A DNA stretch of 64,000 nucleotides from Amphiscolops sp. MND2022 (taxonomy: Eukaryota): the NCBI GenBank assembly GCA_964187785.1, contig OZ076409.1, positions 11,224,001 through 11,288,000 on the forward strand, written 5' to 3'. Made by a program: the position numbers and the translations under genes. The notes beneath the pieces were generated by a model. That model was not told the DNA's origin. It did no database searches and was given only the letters and a program-made list of their open reading frames with translations. Numbering within the stretch: the first letter of the stretch is position 1; every line of letters begins with the position of its first letter. Positions 32,880 through 47,140 of this stretch are shown one piece after another.

Positions 32880-35800
32880 GTGAAGACTTCGAAAATGCGT
32901 ATATTATGTCTAAAGGGTCATATTAATCTATATGACAAACAAGTATAGATTAATGAACTGAACATTCTCTCTGGTTGAAACTTTTCTCGTTTTTGTTCTC
33001 ATTCTATGTGGTTCTAAAATATCTGTGTAGCATCTAAATGGTCAAGGTTTGTACAAACGTAAACGTGTATCTGCATACAAATGAAACGTGTAGCTAATTT
33101 TGCATGCATTTGCTGTGAAGTTCGTAAATGTACGTTTTGTTTAATAATTAATGAATATATAATTTGAAAATTCAGTTGTATTTGTTGTTTGTTCAAGTGT
33201 CAAAACTTCAATCGGATTGTCGGCCTTCAAGCAAAACTGAGAACATATTCAAGAAACTTCACTTATTTTCAGTTTTATAGAAGGGTTTAACAACAAAGTA
33301 TGAAAAATTCCTGATTGAAGTATCGCTTTCATTTTTCTGGAGTGGCATTAAGCTTTTAGAGAATCAATTTGAAACTTCTGGCGCGCTGTAAACGCTTTCA
33401 GCATTTTTGAAGGAGCTCGAATGATTTTCTCGTCATTAAACTTCTCGTGGTAGAGTGAATGGAGTTGCAAAACTAAGCCCTAAATTGAAGCTCCTATTCG
33501 AAGTTTCATAGAATTTGGGTTTTCAAACTCATTTGGGTTTCATAGAGTTTATTTTCTAGTTAGGAGTCCGAAAAACTTGTCGACTACTTATGCAATCGTA
33601 CCTTTTTTTCTCCCGACCTTTCAATGAAAACTTCAAATTACTATAAAAAAACTCCATACGATTTCCATAAAATTTTTCTCAGTCATTCTACACCCAAAAG
33701 TGCTCCTGCGTGGGCAATGGCATCAAAATCGTATGACTGGGATTTTAGAGAGTCAGAAGGAAAAATACCTAATCCGATTCATTTACCGCACATGCGGCTC
33801 GTTCTTAACCCTAAATGGATGGGGAACTTTCCGAAGCTCTCCAAAATCTCGTGCTTAAACTTTAAACCGCAAAATCTTTTAACTAATAGAGTCCGACAAA
33901 CAATTTATAGCGCGTTCGGTCCGCTGGCTCCAGACTTTGCGCCCAAAAGCTTGCACGCCTCGTGTCTCTGATTGCATTTCAAATCTTGCTAGGATTGCTC
34001 TGACCCAGTGGGATAAAGTACGGAAACTGGAAAAACTGAAAATCCGCTGTTTCTTTTCGATTTTTCGGTCCCGTTTTCTTGATTTCAGATTACAGACATC
34101 TAGCCAATATCTGAAAATGCGTGCAATACTATGTAATATTGTCTAAAAATGTTATTCAAGAGTTTTTCCATACGTTCAGCTAGTGCTTTCAGAAGTTTGC
34201 AGAAACCATTAGGTACGAAATTATTCCATCGTCCATTTAGGGTTAGGTACGTTCTTCCCACCATGTACGAATTAGCGGGGAAGACGATTATGTGGTGTTT
34301 ACACAGGCTAAAAGCCCGTATTTACTATTTCTCGGAACTTTTTCAAGAGACTTTATTTGTCGCATGTTTTGATTGGAAAGCGCGCTTTGAGCCGGTTTTT
34401 AAGCCTTATTTACCGCATGTTTCTCCGTATTTAAGGAAAACGTTCTCCATATAGTCGGCTTCCCTGATGTTTTATTACCGTGTGGTTATGCAGTTAAATC
34501 CGGTTAATTCGTATCTTCGTTTAATTCGTATGTATCGAAGACCCCCATTTCGCGACGACCAAAGAAGTAGTATCATCCTGTTAATTCGTATTTCCCAGTA
34601 TTCTTACTATTTCATTCGGTCTATAATGATACGAATTAAGTGGATTGAACTGTACAATGATATCTTGAAAGAATGCGAATTAAGTTCGTAGAAAAATTAA
34701 CTGCATAGTTTCGTATTGTACTGACTTTTTACAACGGATAAACTTAATCGCACTGTTGCAGTTTTTGACGGGATGTGAATGTCGCAGAAACCTGACAAAA
34801 ATCATTCCTTATTTTGTTGAGTTTCGGTGATATTCATCTCCCAAATTGAAACTAAAACCTCGTGTTCACCCATTGGGATACTTACCACTGGTCCCGAAGA
34901 TTCAAATAAGAGCGTTAAACTTGTTGACTGAACAATTTGCGACGACACAAAAGTTAACGGATTTTTCGGATGATCGGATAAGTTTTAAAGTGGCTGCAAG
35001 ACTTTTTAATTATTCAATGAATTTTTCACAAGAACGAATGAAACAACCTATTACAGTGGAAGTGGAATTTGGAAACTGCTAAAAGTTCACATTTTTGTTA
35101 AACCCTAATTGACATACCTGAGCGACCCATTTTTGAAAATTTTCGAAAAAATTGAATAAAAATTTTCAATAATTAGTATCTCCAATTACGCGTACCAGGA
35201 AAACGAACTATGGCGCGTTGGAAAGGTCGGGGCTCTTTTCTGTCGCCACCACCACAATTTTTGAAAATAACTTTCCTTAAAAACATTAAACTAGCCTAAT
35301 TAAAAATAAAACCTTTCATAACAGGAAGTTAACTTTTATTAGAGTAGTTTTCCGCTTGAACAAAACATTGTTCACACATTTTCACTGTGATTATGCTCGT
35401 ATTAAGTGTTTATTGATGACTCAATACAGGAAGCTGTTGATTTCTTCATCAAAAATGCGTAACATACATAGGGAAAAAGTGTGAACAAAGTTTGTATCTG
35501 AATCCTAAACTATTACCCTGAGAATAAATTTGAAACTGAAGCTTTCTGGTTTGGATTCAAGTCTATTTGCTATAAGATTTTCACTAATTCTCCAAAACAA
35601 TTTTGGTGGTGGGGGAAAACAGAAAAGAACCAAGGTCTGGTATTGGGCTTTCATTTTGCTTAGGTGAGCCTTTGTGGCCCTTTGCGCCCCATTCTTTAGA
35701 ATTTTTTTGCGGTATCGAGGGGGGGGGCTTGTTGTAACGACAGGATATTATTGGGGTTTGTTGCATGAGGACTTGTTTTGGAAGGGTATGGGGTTGCTTC

Positions 35801-36168
35801 TTTCTATTGGTCAAAGACTTTTGAGAAAACTAGATTTCGCCAAAAACAGAATTTTTGAAAAGTAGAACTATTTTTTGTGGAAAGAAAAACATTTTCATCA
35901 GCTTTGGAGACATTCATTTTTCTAATGCTTGTGCCATTCAAATCAATCTAGGTACCAATGAATTGTTGAAAAAAAAACTTTTATAGAATATGAGCTACTG
36001 GCAAAAGGAATTAGAAATTGAAAAAAGGTAGGCTTCTTTAAAGTGCCGCTTGTTCATGTTTCATGAAATTAACCTATGTTTTATTTTGATGGCTCACAAA
36101 CATTTACAAATTCTTAATTACTTCTTTGAACTAGGAAAAAATTTTCTGATATGAAATAAAGAACTCAC

Positions 36169-36479
36169 CAAACTTGATATCCAAATAGTATAATTTCAGA
36201 TAACTCAGTCGCTAACCAGCTCCTTGGAATCAACGTTAGCACGCTGTCGTATAAAACGGGAGCATCTAAATTCAATCTTTCGTTGGACATGGTGACAGTA
36301 AACATGACAAGAAATTCGACCAGTTGAAATAGTAACAAACTGAGGATGAAAGAAAACACCTCATTTCGCACTTGAGTTGGCTTGTAAGAATGCTGGGGTA
36401 CTTTTGATTTATCTGTCTTCTGGTAACTTTCCGGGCTTAATTCTGCCTTGCCAGCAGTAAGTTTGACTTCTTTGTCCAT
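36169..36479 (-). CDS. Duplicated (alternative) first coding exon of the SMS-family gene
   Basis: MDKEVK...LLFQLVEFLVMFTVTMSNERLNLDAPVLYDSVL...GYQV, homologous to exon 32879-32566; donor TG|GTGAGT in the same phase (2). Confidence 0.8.
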
Positions 36480-39400
36480 CACAATTTGAATTGAAGCACC
36501 AAATTTCAACAGCTATATTAGAAAATTTTGAAGGAGCCGTTGCTTTGTTCGAAGAACATTTGAAATATGAACATTCTCAATGATCTAATCCAGTTTAGCT
36601 GCTGATCGAAAAATGTGGCGTGATCATTTGACATTGACGTAACAGTTCACACCGTTCTTCAACAGTCAGTTATGTAAGCATGGTTAATTTTTTTCTCAAA
36701 AAGTTTTCCTATACGATTTTTTCAAGTGTTGTACCACTAGTTCAATTCGTTGCCACTAGCTCAATTCAATGAAAATTTGAACGTACAAAGTATAAATGTT
36801 TGCATGCTTAAATTCCCATGCAAAATTTAAAATGGTGGTAATTTTAAAGCGGCAATGTGGTGCACACTGGCTAATAGATTTATCCAAAATTCTTCGTCCA
36901 AACAAGCGCTCTCCCGTGAAAAATGGAGCCACGTTAAATAATATTCTTGGTTTTTTTCTGCAAACGTCGATTGAGTAGTTGCAGTACAGCAAAGCGTTGT
37001 AAAACACGCTTTACTTGGAAAAGCAAAACAACTAATTTTTACTGTTTATTCTTGAGCTAAGCTGATTATTTTGACGTATGTTGCGTTTTGAAGGTCTTTT
37101 GGAAACTGGCGATGGCAATATTTAACATCAGTCTTAGAATACACGGAATTTTTGAGTAGGAAAATTTTTCTATCGTAGCGTTAGCTTTATAGAAGTAGAA
37201 AACTCGTTTTTCATAGTAGAAAAAAAAACGTTTCCATTTTCAATCATTATTCAATTCTAGTTTCTTCGGAAGATTGTAGTTTCTCTCTTCCTCTTCGATT
37301 TCAGGTTCAAAACCATGAACTTTGAAGCATAGGGGCTTCCCGGTCATAAAACTAATTTACCGAAAAATGGCTGAAGTTCAGGTCATCAGGTGGCAAAATG
37401 TATAGTTTTACTACACACCAGTCGTTCATTTTTAGGAGTCGGAGAAATTTTCGAATACTTATGCAATTGTACCTCTTTTTCTCCCGACCATTCAATAAAA
37501 CTTCAAATTTTGCAAAAAACTGTCCATGCGATTCGAACGAAATGTTTTTAGTCGGCGCATTTTCCTTTAAGGAAAAAAGCCCGACTATTACAGTGGCTAG
37601 TTTTTTTTTTCGTCAGACCACAGAGCTCATCGCGTATGTACCACTTTTTACAGAAACTGATAAGTTCACTCAGGCCAAGTTCCACCAATGCAAACTTACT
37701 GCAAAGGGTCCCCCTTTCGTTTTTTACCTTTTTTACGTAACCTACAAAACCGGAAGACTCCAAAGGGTCCCCCCTTTCAATTTTTTTTCGGCACTGTGCG
37801 AATTTTTTTTTCGAAAATTTTTAGTTTTTCAAAAGAGTCCCCCCTTCGGATTTTTTGATATTTTGCAACAGAAAGTATGTTAATGAATCCCAAACAAAGG
37901 GTCCCCCCTTTTCATTTTTCGGCACTATGCGACGTTTTCGAAGTTTTTTTCAAAAAAAAATTTTTCAAAAAAATTTTTCAAAAAAATTTTCAAAAATTTT
38001 TTTGTTTCCAGTCGAGAAAAGTGGTTTTCCAGTCATATCGAGCATGAAAGGCACACTTTGGGTGTCTCGAAAGTGTTTTCAAAGCTTTTCATGAATACAT
38101 CCTGGGCATATTTAGAAAACTGAGCTTTTTGAGCCTTAGATATAGCGCCGACTTTAGACGTTCCCGTCTTGTTTTTTCTTTTTCTCCGTCAGACTACAAT
38201 CCTCACCCTGATTGGTCCACTTTTCTTACAAAAAACTACTAAAACTACTAAAGCCATAAGGCCAAGTCCGGTCAGCGGAAATTACTGCAAAAAGGTCCCC
38301 CTTTCATTTTTTCAACTTTTTTAACGTAACCTACAAAACTGGACGAGACTAAAGGGTTCCCCTTTCGAGTTTTTTGATATTTTGCAACAGAACATATGTT
38401 ATCAAAGCCCAAAGGGTCCCCCCTTATACATTTTTCGGCACTATGCGTCATTTTCCGAAAGAAAAAAATTCAAAAATTTAATTCAAGTTTTTTTCAAAGG
38501 CTTGAGCCTTAGATATAGCGCCGACTTTAGACGTTCCCGTCTTGTTAGTCTAGTGAAAAGAGCCCGACTATTACAGTGGCTAGTTTTTTTTCGTCAGACC
38601 ACAGACCTCATCGTGTATGTACCACTTTTTTGTACAGACTATACTCGATTTACGGTGAACCCAGCGGTCATGGGTTCGAGTCCTTGCTTTAGCCAGAAAC
38701 TTTTTCGAGCATTTGCGAAAGCGGACGAGACTGAAGGGTCCCCTCTTTCAATTTTTTTCGGCACTGTGCGACTTTTTTTCCGAGTTTTTTTGCCTTCAAA
38801 GGGTCCCACCTTCAAGTTTTTTTGATATTTTGTAGCAAACTAAAGTGCCAAAAAGCCCAAAGGGTCTCCCTTTTTATGTATTTCGGCACTATGAGACTGT
38901 TCAAATTCGTTTTTTTTTCGACAATTAAAAATCGATTTTTTTTAAATTCGATTTTTTTTTGTCTCTAAAGGGTCCCCCCTTCAATTTATTTGATATTTTG
39001 CAACAAACTGGATTTTCAAAAAGCCCGAAGGGTCCCCCTTTTACAGGGTTAAGGCTTTTCGAGCCTTAGATATAGCACCGACTTTAGACGTTCCCGTCTT
39101 GTTTACTTAATATTAGGGTCCTATGTGTGCAATGACATCAGAGTTGTATGACCTGGATCTGAGAAACACGCCCAAAAATGTCCAACTGACAATAAAGTAG
39201 GTAATTTGTTTATTATTTCTGCGATAGCAGGAATAATATAGAAATCTGAAAAAATGTAACTTTTTTCAGAACGACATTTGTTCGTGATTCCGTGTACCTT
39301 CTGAAAAAATCAGATATTTTGTTTGGCGTAAGAGTATAAGCGTAAGATTAAACAGGAGTGTTGGTTATTCCAGATATGCTTCTATTATTGAACATGAATG

Positions 39401-41803
39401 CCTGATTTCATGGAAATTGAATGTATGGATCGTTTTAAGAAATCAAATACGAATCAGTAGAAATAGTTGAAGCTCTGGCCAGAATTGTTAGCTCCAGCTT
39501 CCGGTTTTGATTTTTAAACATCGAATAATTTATCTTCAAATTTTACAGACAGTCAAAAGATTCTTTTTGAGATTTGACTAATGAGGTTTTGTAGATCAAA
39601 TGATATTATTGTGAAGTTATTAGGGATGTTTGAATCTGGCTGTTGCGAAATTTACCTGTTGGTGCAAACCACATTTGAAATGCTGACGTAATTTGATGTG
39701 TGACAAAATTTCAAGAGTTTAATGAGTTTGAATGAATTGAATGCTTGATTTTAAACTTCAGTCAAGAAGTAGGACGAAGATAATTTTTTTCAAAAGTATT
39801 CAGATGAAAAATGAGTCATCGGGATTTTTAGTTTAGTCTTACAAACTTCACAGCAAAAGAAATCTAGCAACCAAACGGTGTTAGTAATCTTGATTCGGAA
39901 CTTGGCTCTTTTCTGTCCCCCATCAGCAAAATTTTTTGAGGGAAATTTACAAAAAAAAATTCAAACTGGTTGAATCGAAGTGAAATTTTTCCCGTAAAAG
40001 AAAGTAAACTTCTATTGAAAGAGTTCTCCGTTTGAACAAAACATTTTTCACACATTTTGATTGTAGTTGTGTTGAAAATTAACTTTTTTTGGTCAAAAGC
40101 TGTCAACAATGCGTGATTTCGTTAAGAGAAAAAGTGTGAACAAAGTTTACATCTGGAACATAAACTGTCACCTTGAAACTAAATTCAAAATTTTCAGTTT
40201 TGCTGTTTTTTAAGTAGTAAAGTAGAATTTTGTCCAGGTGTCTTTGGTTTTATCAAAGTCCAAATATTCTTTGCTCTTTTCTATCCCCCAACCATCAAAT
40301 TTTTTTGGGGGAAAATTTTAAAAAAATTCAAACTGGTTGAATTCGAAGTGAAGTTTTTCCCATAACATAACTTCTATTGGAATAGTTTTTCGTTTGAGCA
40401 AAACATTTTTTACATTTTAACTGTGAATATGTTGAAAATTAACTGTTTTTGGGACTCAAAACAGGAAGCTATTGAGTTGTTCACCAAGAATACGTGACTT
40501 CATACGGAAAAATAGCGTGAACAAAGTTTCTATCTGAATTCTAAACTGCCATTCTGAAAACAAATTAAAGTAAAGATTCTTAATTTAGTTCTGTCTTTAT
40601 TTTAATATTTTCACAATTTTCAAAAAAGTTGTGGGTGGGAATTTGAATAACTGCAATTTTATTACAAAGTAGGAGTAGAATGATTAAAGAAATTGATGCT
40701 GAGAATCTTCACGCGCGCCGTATTATTTGATTAGAATATTCTTCATCTGATCACATTATCCTGAAAATTATCGAGACCCAATTAACCTAGCGATGCTTTG
40801 ATTTTTTTTCGGTTTCCGGGAAGTGTCTGATGGTGCCGAAAAACCCGAAGAGAGACCCTCTGAATTTTTGAAAACGCTTTTTCCAAACCAAAAAAAAATT
40901 AAAAAGTGTTTATTTTGACCAAATGATTTTTTTTGAAACGCCGCATAGTGCCGAAAAGCCGTAGGCCTTTTCCACAGTTATTGAAAAAATTTGCATCAGT
41001 CGCACATGATCAAAACATAACTAAAAAGATACCCTTAAGGCCCGGGAAACGGTTTTCTTCGACAGCGAATCGCAAAAAATTGGTTTTTCCATTTTTCTCG
41101 AATTTTTTGTTTCAATTTTTTAAATATAAATTTTTCGGTAAGTCGCATTGTACCGGAAGAACTTAAGGTGGCGCTCTATGCTCGCCAAACGCTTTGTTTC
41201 GGCTTAAAAACAAGGGAGCGCTTCGGTTTAGAAAACTTCGCGGAAAAGGTCGCATAGTGGCGAAAAAAACAAATGGGGGACCCTTTGGTCTCCCCCTACT
41301 TTTGCGAACATAAAAAGTTTTTGGTTTAGTTCGAGACTCAAACTGAACCCAAACAGAAAATCCGTGTTAACCACTGAGCCAAGTGGCGGTGAGACTAACA
41401 AACTTGAATACTAACTCATAAAATTGCTTATAGAAATCTGTCAGTTAGCCGGTCTTAAGCCAGTGCTATAATCGGTTCTTTTCTTCCAAATGCGCCGACT
41501 AAGAAGTGGATTAGCTTCTTTTCGGGAGAAAATGATTAGATTTTCCGAAAACACGACGCATATAAAACTGCAATACTGTACCCTCACACAACAAGGCCTT
41601 GTGCAACAAAACCGCAATATTCTATTGCTACTGCAAGCACCACGCAATCGGCTGTCCGAAGTTCATTTCTCTGACATGCCTAGTTGTGGATACATTGATC
41701 AAAGTTTTCGAAATTTTGCAAAAATGCCCTGATTCATTGGGGGTTTCAGAAGTCTACTGACTCAATTGTTCAATCTGATTTCTTTTCTTTCAGAAGTTTG
41801 CAA

Positions 41804-44800
41804 ATGCTTCAGCGCGGTGTTCACGGGGGTTTGTGTTTATGCAGCACAATTCGCTTCAGTAGGAGTTTTGAAAGATTTTGTTCCGAATCATCAAATGTCG
41901 AGCTGAAAACTCCCAAAGTCAGTAATGTATTCTACAATCGAAACCCGAGGAATTTGGAGTTGATGGGCCTAGCCCGCAAAACAACTGGTTTAAGCTGCTC
42001 TTACCCCAATAAGGAATATTACAACACATTGAAGATAGAAGAGACCAAGTAAGTGAATTTAGCATTTCTCCAATACTTTCTCGATTAGAGGTTTCTAGAG
42101 CATTATGCCCAAAGCGGACATTACGCCCAATAATTTTGAAAATTTGTTATATGACCCGGCCTTTCGCCTTCCTGGGCGTTTTGCGCCCCTCCAGTTTGGT
42201 CCTCATCAAAACCAACCACTGGACCTGTAATTCCACGTCGCTCCGCTTCGCTTCGCTCCTGCACATAGTGCGCTAGAGGTAGAGTCGAACTCGGATAAAA
42301 GAAACATTTGGATATAAGAAACATTTTCACTCGAAACGTTTTCAATCCTTCGCTTTTATGCATGACAAACCTTCTATGTTAATAGGACAATTGATTTTAA
42401 AAACTGGATAAAAGAAACTCTTTTGTTACTGTCCTCTGAGTTCTAATCCGAGTTTCACTGTATGTGACAGTGACATGTCACGATGCTTTTTTAAGACGTT
42501 ATTTACCGTCCCCATAATTATTTGGGTGTCATGTCCGGACTCTAGATTAGAGGGAGTATAGTTCAACTACCTGCTGTGAAAGTGCTTCTCTTGTGGTATG
42601 AATAATCATTGAGCCATTGCTTTTCACCTTCTGCGACAATACAGGATGAACTTACTTCGGTTACACCTTGAGAGCTTGTTTCTCCAATTTGCTAATCAAC
42701 ATAGTAAGGCCAGATAGGCTCTGTCTCAAACGAGTATTTTATCCATCGGAGAATTTTCAAAAGTGTCTTCTGTCTCTTGGAACGGATATGAAAAACAACA
42801 ACCCCAGTCAGTTAGCGAATTAGCGGCTGAGCAGATTTTTCAGCGATTCAAATTAGCGTCAACTAATAGATTTTACAAATTCAAAATTTGTTCGGGGCAT
42901 ACACGGTGATTTAAAATGGATTTCGAATTGAATTCAACTTTCACCCTTGTAAAACCCACACAGTATAAAAGTTTCGTTTCTTGCAAAAACTGAATCAAGT
43001 TATCATTTAATTTTGAAACATCGTACTTGAAGTCAAACATCTTATCCCTAATCAACGCAGCGTCACCATATGGCAACATAACTTTTTTCAAATTCTAATG
43101 CTTTGCCAGTAGCCCATATTCTCTAGCGCAGTTTTTTCTCAAAAAATTCCTTGGTACTTAGATTGGTTTGAATGGCACAAACATTAGGAAAAATGAATAT
43201 GTCCCCAAAATTGAGAAAAATGACTTTTTTTGCACAAAATTGGTCCTTTTTTTCCTAAATTTCCGTTTTCGGCGAAATCCAGTTTTCTCAAAAAATCTGA
43301 CCCATAACAAAAACCAACCCCATACACTTGCACAACCAATTCCTATGCAAAAGATCCCAATAATATTCTGTTGTTGCTACAAGCCCCCGCGCAGCGGGCC
43401 GCACGAAGTGGGGAACGGCCGCGAAGCGGCGGTGCCGGAAAAAGAAACTGAAATTCTGAAGGAGGGGGGCGCGCGGCGACAGGGGCTCACCTGGCCAAAA
43501 TGAAAGCCCAATACCAGACCTTTCAAACGCGCTTTAGTTCATTTCTCTGGTACCCGTAGTTGTGGAGATATTGATGATTTAAAATTTTTTTCCAATTTTT
43601 TGAAAATTTGCAAAAAAACTTGGGTCAAAGAGGGTTATAGTTTCAAGAAAAAATTTTCAGCGAAATAGCGATTTCGAAATTAGCGGTTTAGCGATTAGCG
43701 AAAAAGTTTTGCGATGTCAAAACCATTGGTATAACCCGATTAGCATCGAAAATTAAATGAAAAGGTTTTGAAAGTTACTCGGATGCAATCAGATATGCAA
43801 GAACCAAGGTAAGCTTTGCGCTTTTCTGAAGCTCAGTCCTCTAGCTAAGGGGCTGTAGATAGTCCAGCGTTAACTAGCAACGGTAGAGTCCCCTATAAGT
43901 GCCATAGTTCATGAAGGAGGGGTATCATGACCTTGACAAACCTTCGGATGAAACTAGTTTTGTAGCCCAACCATTTATGTGATTCCACTCAGTAGTAATC
44001 CGGATGGCTTGGGCGGAACCTTCTAATGTCCTGAATTTATTCTCACTATTTATTATTCAGATGTTGAGACGAAGAAGTTTTCGGATGTTGCTAGCTTGCA
44101 TATCTCATGTCAATAAAATCAAACGAATTACACCTAGTTTTTATGATAGGTTCTTCTTGGGTCAAAATGTTCTATCATGATATGCATCGCCGAAAGTCGC
44201 TGGTCTGGTTTTTCGTTCCGACGACCTCGAATGGTTAATTAAAATGACCGTTTCCACGTTCAGTGAAGCATATCACATGTTAAGTGAACCGTCTCGGCTA
44301 TTGTTCTAAAATTTGAGATTATCACAGGCCTTCAAATTGAAAGCGCTTTACAATCTACAGTAAATGTGCAGTTTACAGCAGCGATTTTTGGTAAATGATA
44401 AAAGTGAAAGTTTCTTCGATTTTTATCTAGTTTACAAATATGTTTCTTTGAAGGTTATGCGATGAAAATTGTAGAAATTAAAATGGGCCATTTTTAACCA
44501 AATTTTGGTTGAAATTGAGGTTTCCCTAAGTTACAAAAATCACAACTCTTGCAAAATTCTTACAAGAATTCTTGTAAGATCTTGTAAGAAAATGCATTTT
44601 TAGAATCTAACTCTTGCAAAAATCTTGCAAGATTTGCATTTTTCTGCTCAGAATGTTCCAAAAAAGCATAAATCCGACCATTGTTTGCATTTCCTGCCTC
44701 AAAAAAAATTGAACGGCAGCAAAAGAAAACTATCTGTACGCGAAAAATGACACAATTGCCCATATTAGAGCATCTAGATTTTATATTATCGGAATGCCTT

Positions 44801-47140
44801 ATTTGCATCATGAGCATTGTTTGATGTTATATTGTTGTAAAGCTTTCGCTCACAACATTAAAGCCCTGCGTGGGGTCAGTGCCTCTGAGAGAGCAATGTC
44901 CTCCATTCTCAGCAGTCTCATGACTAGTTGAAATGGGCTGGAGAAGAAATGAAACCGATGGTTGAATTTTGCTAGAATTTTCAGGGTTTTTATAGTTTTC
45001 AATATGACATTGCACAGGTGGTTTTGTAGTATTTTTACTGATTTTCTCCATCACAGTAGCTGACAGCAGGTTCGGGTTAGAACCGTTAGAAAGCCCTTGA
45101 AATGTTTTTTCAATTGGTATCATGTTCATATTCCTATCATCATTAGCTGAAGAGTTCTCGGAGTTTTTGTCCGGAGTTTCATAGCTGGAATACGTTATAG
45201 TAATTTCTGGGGTAAAATTGCATGTAAAATCTTTTTGCTCAAAATTAACAATTTGGAGCCTTTTGCTGGGATCCTGGGACAGTTTGTGCATTGTAAACGG
45301 CAACTGTGGCTGTTGTTGCTGGTAGTTTGATGATTTTTGAAGTTTTGGTCGAACATTTTTTGTAAGAATTTGTTACCAAAAAATGCATTTTTTGCAAAAA
45401 TGTTATCAGAATCTTGTAAGAAATGTTCGACATTGTATCAAATTTGCAAAATTTGCGATTCTTGTAGAAACTTGTACAATTCTTGCAAGAAATGCAAAGC
45501 TGACGAGAATTTCGGAAGAATTTTGCAAGATTTGTGATTCTTGTAACCTAGGGTTTTCTCACTTTAAGTCAACTTTTGCTTGAAATTTTAGAGAAGTTTT
45601 ATGTGCAATCGACTCCCCTGATTTAACTGAAGCCCTTGATATGTTTTGATTTAGAAATCATCCTAAAATGGTAGAAAAAATACGCTGTAAAATTAGACTT
45701 TTTCAAAAATACATGTATTAAGATATGATTTTGAACTTTATCAACTTAAAACAAGCTCATACTAATACAATTTAAAATAATTTCGAGAAAAAATTATAGT
45801 GTCAGATTCGAAATGTCAAAAAACTGTAAGTGGGTCAAAAATTCGAAAAACTAAAAAATGATGTTTTGGAAATCGCTCTCGACCAATGAAATGAGCACGT
45901 GAGGCCTTGATCAGCCAGTGATATTTGTTTATTTGCCTTCTTTCCGTGCTATGTTGCTTCTAGAATCACTACTGTACAGTACAGTCACAATCTATGTGAA
46001 CCATATTAGCTGTCAAGTGAAGCAAAGTATTGAAAAGGGCTAAGATTTCATTCTTTTGGCTCAGTTTTTGAGCATCGATGAAACTACTGCCCGTACTATT
46101 CTGTTTTGATCTTTGAGCAAATAAAGTTTTCATTCAAGCTGCCATTTCGTTCACTTTGGTTGACATTTCTGTAGCCAGCTCATCAATTTCTGTCAGTTGT
46201 TCATTTAACATCTGATTTGATTCACTGAACGCGGAAACGAGTGTAATATCATCATGCAGGCGGATGATTCGTTGGTTGATTTGGGAACCTTTATTTAGAC
46301 CCGAAAAACCGAGGCCCGATAATGACATGTTATCTGAGGCCCTGAAATTTGTTCATCGAAGTTATAACGTAGTCAGCTATATTCACATACCCCTAGTGCC
46401 CTAAATGCAGGAGCGAAGCGGAGCGACGTGCCATAATGGCCATGCCTCAATGTTGCTACTTGGCGAAGGGAGCGAAGCGACCGAGCCATTCAACAAATAT
46501 GCTAACCTCTTCAAATAAATCAAGTTAAATACATATTGGCTGATATAATATCTGACGCTAATAGTCACTGAATTGATCGGGCCACTAGCTTCAAATTACA
46601 CTAGCTTCGGGCCTCAATCGTTTGGGCCTGAAATATGTTACCCGTTGATGTCAAGCTTGTTTTTCTGTTTTCAGTGTGCACGTCACTTTGCGAGTGGTGA
46701 GCCACAGTGGCCAAGAAGTGTTCGAAGTCTCTACTCACTCGCCTCATATCAAACAGTATCTTTACAAAACAAACGCAATTTCGACGTACAAGATCCTCGG
46801 TACTATTCTAGGCGACCGCATGATGAAATGTGGCTTCGAGTGTGTCAACGTGCAAACATTTGCGCCCACGGATCGTAAAAAGCCCAAAATAGCGGCTCTT
46901 TTGGAAGCTCTCACAGAACAGGGAGTCAGATTGGAAGAACCGGAGCCGGTGCATATACATAATTGGCCACAGCCCCTAAACTATGAACCCTTTGAGTTGA
47001 AAGAACAGCCCAATTCACCTTACGAGATGTTGGGGTCAAAGCATGAACATCATTACATGAAGCTGAAAAGGTATAGGAAGCAGATAGAAGATCGAAATAA
47101 AATTATCAATAAAACTGATGAAGAAACTCTTGTTGAATAA
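41804..47140 (+). CDS. MRPL18: Mitochondrial ribosomal protein uL18m, 2 coding exons (41804-42048, 46675-47140), 236 aa
   Basis: FYNRNPRNLELMGLARK in exon 1; HSGQEVFEVST..IKQYLY...LGTILGDRMMKCG and LTEQGVRLEEP in exon 2. Donor AA|GTAAGT and acceptor TTTCAG|T are in matching phase 2. Confidence 0.9.
44524..45553. mobile_element. Non-autonomous TIR element (CCC-ended, repetitive subterminal arms) with a coding-like interior
   Basis: Left end CCCTAAGTTACAAAAATCACAACTCTTGCAAAATTCTT versus reverse complement of the right end CCCTAGGTTACAAGAATCACAAATCTTGCAAAATTCTT; TCTTG(C/T)AAG repeats in both arms; TTT on both flanks. Confidence 0.65.

Noticed and set aside
33624..35082. Run of short plus-strand ORFs
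   Set aside because: No recognisable motifs or consistent splice phases; partly shares sequence with repeats at ~37425 and ~50410.
37700..39050. Regularly recurring AAGGGTCCCCC motif resembling a CRISPR array
   Set aside because: The spacers are themselves repetitive and homologous, there are no cas genes, and the context is eukaryotic.
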